Shown here: positions 57,335 through 64,000 of the stretch, piece by piece
How positions within the stretch are numbered: the stretch's first letter is position 1
How the letters are laid out: every line of letters begins with the position of its first letter
From: Acidobacteriota bacterium
GTDB taxonomy: Bacteria; Acidobacteriota; Polarisedimenticolia; Polarisedimenticolales; DASRJG01
Direction: 5' to 3'
NCBI GenBank assembly: GCA_032124015.1
Contig: JAQBEH010000057.1
Span: 3,584-67,583, forward strand
Length of the DNA stretch: 64,000 bases
The notes under the pieces: model-generated
What the model saw: the letters and a program-made list of their open reading frames with translations, nothing else
The model's database searches: none
Told to the model about the DNA's origin: nothing
Translations under genes and position numbers: made by a program

Positions 57335-58960
57335 ATGCTCCTCACCGCGTCGCTCGTGCTCCTGGCCGCAACCCAAAGCCCCGCACCAAAGGCCGAGACG
57401 TTTGAAATGACCGTCGGCGGCACCCCCTTCGGGACCGAGGAATTCCACCGCACCGAAGGGCCCGATGGCGTCGTGCTCACGGGCAAGGTCTTGTTGAAGA
57501 TCCCGGGGGCCGGGGACGCGGCCCTCTCGCAAGACCTGAAACTCGCGCGCGACGGCCATCCACTCTCGTACTCCCTGGACATCGACGCTCCCGGCCAGCA
57601 GGTCGTCCTCCGCGCGACCCCCACAGCGAGCGGCTACCTGCTCTCCGTCACGCCGAAGGGCGCGGCGGAGCCGGCGAACTCGGCCGACGTCGCGGGCAAG
57701 TCGCCGGTTTTCCTTCTCGACAACGCTTTCGCGTCGCACCTGGATGTCTTCACGCGCAGCCTCGTCGGCCTTGGCGCCGGGGAGGAGCGATCGCTCACCG
57801 CGCTCGTTCCGCAGGTGCTGAAGGCCATCCCCGGATCCGTCAAGCGTGGAGCCGACGGCAAGGCCTCTCAAGATGGGGCCACGGTTGCGACCCGATCGTA
57901 TCGCCTGGTCGTCGCGAACGTGGCCACGGAGCTCATCGTGCGGGCCGATGACGGCGCGTTGCTCCAAGCCGAGGTCCCGGTGCAGCGGGCGATCCTGAAG
58001 CGGCCGGGATTCGAGCCGGCCGCCGTGGCTCCTGCCGTGGGGTCCCGCGATCCTGGAACCGACGGGCGCGAGAGGGCGGTTGTGGTCAACGGACCCGCTG
58101 GCCAGCTTCCCGCGATCTTGCTCCTGCCGAAGTCGGACACACCCGTTCCGGCCGTCGTTTTCCTTTCCGGTTCGGGCCCCAATGACAAGGACGAGACCAT
58201 CGGGCCGAACAAGCCCTTCGCCGACATCGCGAAAGGCCTGGGCGACCGAGGAATCGGTTCGCTGCGCTTCGACAAGCGGACCCTGGCGATCAAGGACAAG
58301 AGCCAGTTCGCCGACGTGCAGCTCAAGGACGAGTACTACGACGACGCCGCGGCGGCGCTCGCGCTCCTTGGCGCCTACCCGGGGATCGACCCGGCGCGGA
58401 TTTTCGTCCTCGGCCACTCGGAAGGCGCGATGGTCGCCCCGATCGTGGCCGCCGCGTTTCCGGGAGCGCGCGGAATCGTGATGATGGCGCCCGGCGTGCG
58501 GCCGCTCGACGTGATGCTCATCGACCAGATGGAATTCGGGGCGAAGCTGACCGGGCGAAGCGCGGCCGAAATCGCCGCGCAGACCCAGGAATTGACCGAG
58601 GCGTTTGCCGTGATCCGCGATCCCGGAAAGAAGGACACGCCTCCGTTCATGGGAGCGCCGGCATCCTACTGGCGGGAGGTCATCGCCTTGGACGTGCCCC
58701 AGCTGGTCCGCGAATCGAAACTCCCGATCCTCGTGCTCCAGGGCGACGAGGACATCCAGGCGCGCAAGACCGCCGATTTCGAACTCCTCAAGACACGCGC
58801 CGGCACGTCCGGAGGACGGGTGACCTACCGGAGCTTCGCCGGGTTGAACCACCTCTTCATGAAAGTCGAACGGGAATCGACCGGCGCGGAATACGGGATT
58901 CCGGGGCACGTCGATCCCTCGGTCATCACCGTGATCGCCGACTGGATCGTCCTGCGTTGA
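57335..58960 (+). CDS. Exported alpha/beta-fold hydrolase with extra N-terminal beta domain
   Basis: SGSGPND, LRFDKR, nucleophile GHSEG, QGDEDIQ, LNHLF. Confidence 0.88.
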   Translation: MLLTASLVLLAATQSPAPKAETFEMTVGGTPFGTEEFHRTEGPDGVVLTGKVLLKIPGAGDAALSQDLKLARDGHPLSYSLDIDAPGQQVVLRATPTASGYLLSVTPKGAAEPANSADVAGKSPVFLLDNAFASHLDVFTRSLVGLGAGEERSLTALVPQVLKAIPGSVKRGADGKASQDGATVATRSYRLVVANVATELIVRADDGALLQAEVPVQRAILKRPGFEPAAVAPAVGSRDPGTDGRERAVVVNGPAGQLPAILLLPKSDTPVPAVVFLSGSGPNDKDETIGPNKPFADIAKGLGDRGIGSLRFDKRTLAIKDKSQFADVQLKDEYYDDAAAALALLGAYPGIDPARIFVLGHSEGAMVAPIVAAAFPGARGIVMMAPGVRPLDVMLIDQMEFGAKLTGRSAAEIAAQTQELTEAFAVIRDPGKKDTPPFMGAPASYWREVIALDVPQLVRESKLPILVLQGDEDIQARKTADFELLKTRAGTSGGRVTYRSFAGLNHLFMKVERESTGAEYGIPGHVDPSVITVIADWIVLR

Positions 58961-58964
58961 CGGC

Positions 58965-59963
58965 GTGAGCGCTCGCGCGGTCCCGAAGCGTATCGCGGCG
59001 GCGTTGGCTGTTGGCCTTTTCGCTTTGGCCGCCGGCTGCGCTCATGCCCCAGAGGAAGTTGCGGCACAGCCCCCAGTGGCCGACGGAGAACCGTACGTCG
59101 TCGTGTTGGGAACCGCGCAAGACGGCGGCCTGCCTCATGCCGCGTGCACGTGCCCGCGCTGCGACGCGGCCCGGCGCGATCCCGCGCGTCGCCGGCTGAT
59201 CGCTTCGATCGCGATCGTCATTCCGTCGACCGGGCGGCGCTTCCTCGTTGACGTCACCCCCGACGTTCGGGAGCAACTGGACCTCCTCCCTTCGAAGGGT
59301 GCCGAGGCGCTGGGAAAGGTCGACCGCGCTCCGGTCGACGGCGTCCTGCTCACGCATGCCCATGCGGGTCACTATCTCGGACTGGCGTTTTTTGGGTTCG
59401 AAGCGGTGCACACTTCGGAACTTCCCGCTTACGCAACACCGCGCATGGCGGCGTTCCTGCGAACGAACGTTCCGTGGAGTCGACTCGTCTCCCGCCAGGA
59501 AATCGAAATCAGGGAAACACCCCCAGGGGTCACGTTCGACCTCGATGCCGGGGTGCGTGTCACTCCGTTCGCGGTGCCGCACCGCGACGAAGACTCCGAC
59601 ACGGTCGGGTTCAAGATCGAGGGCCCGCGGCACGTGATGGCCTACGTTCCCGACACCGACACGTGGGCGACGTGGAGCGAGACGGCGCGGCAGGCGATCG
59701 CGGACTGCGACACGTTGCTCATCGACGGTACGTTTTTCGCCGCGGACGAGCTCCCGGGAAGGGACGTTGGTTCCATTGGACACCCGCTGATGGTCACGAC
59801 GATGGATCGCCTGGGAGACGACGCACGTTCGGGGAGGTTCCGCGTGCTCTTCACGCATCTCAACCATTCAAATCATGCGCTCCACCCGGCCGGGGAAGAG
59901 CGAAAGGCGATCCGCGACCGCGGCTTCGCCGTCGCCGAGGATGGCCAGCGCCTGCCGCTGTGA
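58965..59963 (+). CDS. PqqB-like metallo-beta-lactamase-fold hydrolase (probable lipoprotein)
   Basis: LGTAQDGG, CTCPRC, THAHAGH, DGTF, HLNHSN; LAAGC lipobox. Confidence 0.85.
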   Translation: MSARAVPKRIAAALAVGLFALAAGCAHAPEEVAAQPPVADGEPYVVVLGTAQDGGLPHAACTCPRCDAARRDPARRRLIASIAIVIPSTGRRFLVDVTPDVREQLDLLPSKGAEALGKVDRAPVDGVLLTHAHAGHYLGLAFFGFEAVHTSELPAYATPRMAAFLRTNVPWSRLVSRQEIEIRETPPGVTFDLDAGVRVTPFAVPHRDEDSDTVGFKIEGPRHVMAYVPDTDTWATWSETARQAIADCDTLLIDGTFFAADELPGRDVGSIGHPLMVTTMDRLGDDARSGRFRVLFTHLNHSNHALHPAGEERKAIRDRGFAVAEDGQRLPL

Positions 59964-59986
59964 CGTTTTTCCGGACACCCTCGTCA
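59960..59986 (+). promoter_or_regulatory. Candidate ECF promoter
   Basis: GTGACG-N16-CGTCA about 30 nt before the ECF start. Confidence 0.5.
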
Positions 59987-60015
59987 TATGGCGAGCACCC
60001 AGGATCCACCCACCC

Positions 60016-60525
60016 ATGACGACGATGGAGGCCGCACTTGCCGAGATTCATGCCGAAGCATTTGGTTGGGCGCTGGCGTGCTGCCATCGAGACCGATTCC
60101 TTGCCGAGGAGGTCTTGCACGTGGCGTACGTGAAAGTACTCGACGGAAGCGCTCGGTTCGACCAAAGGTCGAGCTTCAAGACCTTTCTGTTCGGCGTGAT
60201 CCGGAAAACCGCGATGGAACAGCGGCGTGCGCGCTGGCTTTCCGCCCGGCGGCTGGCGCAATGGTTCACCGTGCGGCCGGCGCCGGCGCCGGTAGCCAAC
60301 CCCGAGGTCATTTCGATACGGTCCGAACGGGCCCGTGCCTTGACGGTGGCGCTCACGAGCCTTTCCGGCCGCCAGCGCGAAGTCCTGCACCTCGTCTTCT
60401 ACCAGGATCTGACGATCGCAGAGGCAGCCACCGTACTCGGCATCACAACCGGCTCCGCGCGCCAACACTACGAGCGCGGCAAGACGCGCCTCCGCGAGCT
60501 CCTCCCGAACCCGGGGCACCGATGA
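60016..60525 (+). CDS. ECF RNA polymerase sigma factor
   Basis: SSFKTFLFGVIR, LSGRQREVL, TIAEAATVLG..GSA. Confidence 0.9.
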   Translation: MTTMEAALAEIHAEAFGWALACCHRDRFLAEEVLHVAYVKVLDGSARFDQRSSFKTFLFGVIRKTAMEQRRARWLSARRLAQWFTVRPAPAPVANPEVISIRSERARALTVALTSLSGRQREVLHLVFYQDLTIAEAATVLGITTGSARQHYERGKTRLRELLPNPGHR

Positions 60526-60911
60526 CCGCAAGCGACGACCGGGATCTCCGCGAGCGGTTCGCGGCACTGCGCGACGAGGATGCCGCTGGGGCTCCGCCGC
60601 TTGCACGGGTGCTGCGCGGCCGGGCGGCCCGGTCCGACGCGCGCCCCTTCCGGTGGATTCCGGTCGCGGTGCTCGGCACGGCGGCGGTCCTCACCACGGT
60701 CGTGCTCGTCAACACGCCTCGCCGGGCGGAACTCTCGATCGACGAGGCGATCGCGGAGGCGCAGTCGATAGAGTCCTGGACTGCGCCCACGGATGAGTGG
60801 CTGACGCTCTCCGGTCTCGAAATCCCCAACTCCGTTCCCTCACTCACGTTCTCGTCCGTGGCCCTCCCCGAGGTCTCCACGGCGGCGACCACACAAGGAG
60901 AAATCCGATGA
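60522..60911 (+). CDS. Putative single-pass membrane anti-sigma factor
   Basis: ATGA-coupled to the ECF gene; short cytoplasmic part, TM, PTDEWL periplasmic motif. Confidence 0.7.
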   Translation: MTASDDRDLRERFAALRDEDAAGAPPLARVLRGRAARSDARPFRWIPVAVLGTAAVLTTVVLVNTPRRAELSIDEAIAEAQSIESWTAPTDEWLTLSGLEIPNSVPSLTFSSVALPEVSTAATTQGEIR

Positions 60912-61405
60912 AGCGACTCGCGACCTTGGCCTGCGCACTCCTCTTCGCAACGGCAGCCCTCGCCGGACCCGGCGGCAACTCCATGGGCAAACCCGGCATG
61001 GGTGGCCACCGCATGGGCGGCCCCGGTATGGGCGGCTCGATGGACCGCAACCTCTTTCCGCCGGAGTTCGTCCTGATGAACCAAGTGGCTCTCGGCCTGA
61101 GCACCGAGCAAGTCGCTTCGATCAAGGGACAGGTCGGCAACACGCAAGTCCAGGTGCTCGACGTCCAGGTCCAGTTGCACCGTGTGACCGAGGAACTTCA
61201 CGCGGCTCTCGAGAACACGACGGTCGACCTGATACCGACCCTGGGCCTCGCATCCCGGGCGATGGAGCTCGAAAGGCAGATCAAGATGGCGCACCTGACC
61301 CTGATGATCCGCGTGAAGAACCTGCTGACGGAAGAGCAGCAGGACAAGGCCCGCGCCTTGAAGCCGCAGCGTCCGATGGGACAGCCGGACGAGACTAGGG
61401 AGTAA
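60908..61405 (+). CDS. Spy/CpxP/ZraP-like periplasmic protein
   Basis: Signal peptide, LGLSTEQ and LLTEEQ (LTxxQ) motifs, Met/Gly-rich N-terminus. Confidence 0.8.
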   Translation: MKRLATLACALLFATAALAGPGGNSMGKPGMGGHRMGGPGMGGSMDRNLFPPEFVLMNQVALGLSTEQVASIKGQVGNTQVQVLDVQVQLHRVTEELHAALENTTVDLIPTLGLASRAMELERQIKMAHLTLMIRVKNLLTEEQQDKARALKPQRPMGQPDETRE

Positions 61406-63521
61406 GCGCGATCCGGGCGTCGACGACGAACGAGTTCTTGCGATCGCCGGTGACGATCAGCGGATTGATGTCGAGCTCGGCCAGATCGTCCTCGAGGTCG
61501 CCGACGAGTTGCGACAGGCGAAGCAGGGATTCCTCGAGGAAGGGAAGATCCACGGGCTTCTCGCCCCGGGCGCCGGCCAGGAGCGGGAAGCCCTTGATCC
61601 TTTCGATCATGGAACGGGCGTTGACGTCGGTCAGCGGGTGGATGCGCACCGAGACGTCCTTCATGACTTCGACGAAGATGCCGCCGAGCCCGAACATCAA
61701 GACGGGCCCGAACTGCGGGTCTCGCGTCATACCCAGGATGGTCTCTCGTCCTCCGGCGATCATGCGCTGGACTTGGACCTTCAACGTCTTGTCCTTCGAC
61801 CGCAGTCTCGAGACGATGTCCTTGAACGCGTCCGCGACCTCGTCGGCGTTCCGGAGATCGAGCTTGACCCCGCCGAGATCCGACTTGTGCACGATGGCAT
61901 CCGAAGCCGCCTTCAAGACCACCGGATAACCGAGCGCGTGCGAGGCCTCGATCGCTTCGGCGGCGGTCGCGCACAAGCGTGAGGGCGCCAACGAAAAGCC
62001 GTAGGCCGCGAGCACGTCTCCCACCTCTTTCGCTGAGAGCATCGTCCGTCCCGCCTTCCGCGCCGAGGCGATCGCTTTTTTCGCCCTTCCGGGGTCGCTC
62101 TTGAACGTCACGCTTTTTCCGAAGGGCCGGTCGCGCAGCACCCGGTAGCGTGCCAAGCCCGCCATCGCGGCCGCGGCATTCTCGGGAAACCGGTAGACCG
62201 GAACGCGTTTCTGCCTGAGCCACGCGACACCCTCGTCGCTGCGCTGCTTCCCCATGAACACCGACAAAACGGGCTTCCTTCCGTCGGCGGCTCCTGCTAT
62301 TGCCAGCGCGACTTCATAGGCGTCGATCATGATCGGCGAGACGAAAATGGCGATGATCCCGTCCACCCCGGGGTCGCGCTTCACCAGGTCGAGAGCGGCG
62401 CGGTAACGCGACGCATCGGCCGAGGCGATCATGTCCACGGGGTTCCGGGTGGACGCCTCGGGGGGGAGCACTTTCGCGAGCGCAGTCCTCGTTTTGGGCT
62501 GAAGCTCGGCAAGCGTCAGGTCGGCCCCGATGAGCGCGTCGGTACACAGGATGCCCGGACCGCCCGCATTCGTGACGATCGCGATGCGGTCGCCCAGCGG
62601 GACCGGCTGATTCGCCAGCGCCTGCGCCAACGTGAACATCTCTTCCATCGACGACACGCGCAAGACACCGCATTGCTCGAGCAAAGTGTCCGAAGCGATG
62701 TCGAGCCCGACGATCGACCCGGTGTGGGAGATCGCGGCGCGCGCCCCCTGCACGGTGCGCCCCGCCTTCACCGCAACGATCGGCTTCTTGCGCGTCACGC
62801 GCCGCGCGATCGCCGTGAATCGCCGCGGGTTCCCGAACGACTCGAGGTACATGAGAATCGCCTGGATATCGGGGTTGTCCTCCCAGTACTCGAGAAGGTC
62901 GTTGCCGGATACGTCGGTCTTGTTTCCCATCGAGACGAACATCGCGACGCCCAGGCCGTTCTCGACGGCGTCGGCCAGGATCGCCTCGCCGAGCGCCCCG
63001 GACTGCGAAACGAAGCCGACGTTGCCTCGCACCGGCGTCGTCGCGGCGAAAGTGGCGTTGAGATTCACGTCGGGTTCCGTGTTGACGACCCCCATGCAGT
63101 TGGGGCCGACCATGCGCATCCGGTGTCCCCGCAGCGTCGCCTTGAGTTTGGCCTCTAACAACGCTCCGTCTGACCCGACCTCCTTGAACCCCGCGGTGAT
63201 GACGATGAGCCCGCGCACGCCCTTCTTGCCGCACGCCGTAACGACGGAGAGCACCTGGTCCTTCGCGACCGTGACGATCGCCAAATCGACCGGGCCCGGG
63301 ATGTCCTTGATGTTCCGGAAGCAGCGTATGGAGTGAATCGCCTCCGCCGTCGGATTCACGGGGTAGACGGGACCGTTGAAACCGTACTCGACGAGGTTCG
63401 CCAGGATCTCCCGCCCGATCGTCTGACGCTTGCGGGACGCGCCGATGACCGCGACCGAGCGCGGCCGGAAAATGGCATCAAGAGAACGCGAGGGGGAACT
63501 CTTCGAGGTGTCTTTTGTCAT
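61395..63521 (-). CDS. ADP-forming acetate/acyl-CoA synthetase (fused alpha-beta)
   Basis: PRSVAVIGAS, GPNCMG, SQSGA, SHTG, HKSDLGGV, ELDINPL. Confidence 0.92.
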   Translation of the reverse strand: MTKDTSKSSPSRSLDAIFRPRSVAVIGASRKRQTIGREILANLVEYGFNGPVYPVNPTAEAIHSIRCFRNIKDIPGPVDLAIVTVAKDQVLSVVTACGKKGVRGLIVITAGFKEVGSDGALLEAKLKATLRGHRMRMVGPNCMGVVNTEPDVNLNATFAATTPVRGNVGFVSQSGALGEAILADAVENGLGVAMFVSMGNKTDVSGNDLLEYWEDNPDIQAILMYLESFGNPRRFTAIARRVTRKKPIVAVKAGRTVQGARAAISHTGSIVGLDIASDTLLEQCGVLRVSSMEEMFTLAQALANQPVPLGDRIAIVTNAGGPGILCTDALIGADLTLAELQPKTRTALAKVLPPEASTRNPVDMIASADASRYRAALDLVKRDPGVDGIIAIFVSPIMIDAYEVALAIAGAADGRKPVLSVFMGKQRSDEGVAWLRQKRVPVYRFPENAAAAMAGLARYRVLRDRPFGKSVTFKSDPGRAKKAIASARKAGRTMLSAKEVGDVLAAYGFSLAPSRLCATAAEAIEASHALGYPVVLKAASDAIVHKSDLGGVKLDLRNADEVADAFKDIVSRLRSKDKTLKVQVQRMIAGGRETILGMTRDPQFGPVLMFGLGGIFVEVMKDVSVRIHPLTDVNARSMIERIKGFPLLAGARGEKPVDLPFLEESLLRLSQLVGDLEDDLAELDINPLIVTGDRKNSFVVDARIALTP

Positions 63522-63617
63522 GGCGGAAGAACGATAGCAAAGCGCCCGACAATAGCCGCTTCACGTTGTCCGGAAAGCCGGAGGAATCGCTTTAGCGAAG
63601 CTGCTAATAATGCTCTC

Positions 63618-64000
63618 ATGAGAAAAATTGCGATCCTAGGGGCGGCAGGACGTGACTTCCACGATTTCAACACGGTTTTCAGGGACGACCCGTCGTCCCG
63701 CGTCGTGGCGTTCACCGCGACGCAGATTCCCGGAATCGCCGGGCGCCGCTATCCGGCCGCCCTGGCGGGACCGAATTATCCCGATGGCATACCGATCGTC
63801 GCGGAGGATGACCTGTCCCGTCTGATCAAAGCCGAGAAGGTGGACACGTGCGTTTTTTCATACTCCGACGTGACGCACGAGCACGTCATGCACCTGGCGT
63901 CGCAGTGCATCGCGTCGGGCGCCGACTTCCTGCTGCTCGCCGCCGACCGCACGATGCTCAAGGCCAAGGTCCCGGTCATCGCCATCACCGCCGTACGCAC
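63618..64000 (+). CDS. COG2403-type 'GTPase' / cDPG-synthetase / arginine-synthetase-family protein (3' truncated)
   Basis: My translation: MRKIAILGAAGRDFHDFNTVFRDD...AFTATQIPGIAGRRYP..LAG..YPDGIPI...YSDVTHEHVMHLAS. It is absent from the ORF track because it has no stop in the window. Confidence 0.85.
   Translation, partial: MRKIAILGAAGRDFHDFNTVFRDDPSSRVVAFTATQIPGIAGRRYPAALAGPNYPDGIPIVAEDDLSRLIKAEKVDTCVFSYSDVTHEHVMHLASQCIASGADFLLLAADRTMLKAKVPVIAITAVR

Noticed and set aside
56939-58909. 656-aa antisense ORF opposite the alpha/beta hydrolase
   Set aside because: Shadow ORF; the plus-strand frame carries the full set of catalytic motifs.

Overview
A GC-rich bacterial chromosome segment. Gene content (Oar-type TonB-dependent receptor, VWFA-related Acidobacterial domain protein, lolC-lolD-clpC-bamA order) suggests Acidobacteriota; this is inference. 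The window opens with the 5' half of a 16S rRNA gene on the minus strand with its leader and promoter. Next is an envelope cluster: TBDR with a candidate sigma54 promoter, a VWA protein, a TPR protein and an SPFH/AlkP/TPR fusion. Then come the rimP-nusA-infB-DUF503-rbfA-truB-rpsO-pnp cluster and a long minus-strand run: LysM, rsmD, DEAD helicase, LeuA-like, TonB, serine hydrolase, gnnA-like, lpxA-fabZ-lpxD-skp-bamA, clpC, lolD/C, asd-like, pssA, psd, rimI, tsaB and two GGDEF-PilZ paralogs. The rest holds two ECF sigma/anti-sigma pairs, ntrY/ntrX-like genes, lpxC, slt, dapF, an LptM-like FN3 lipoprotein, hydrolases, an ADP-forming acyl-CoA synthetase and a partial COG2403-type gene. I saw no mobile elements, CRISPR arrays or tRNAs. 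All protein calls rest on motifs recognised by eye, not on database searches. Best candidates for undescribed biology: the TBDR/VWA/TPR/SPFH-AlkP locus, the active plus degenerate GGDEF-PilZ pair, the LptM-motif FN3 lipoprotein beside dapF, and a BamA with an altered loop 6.
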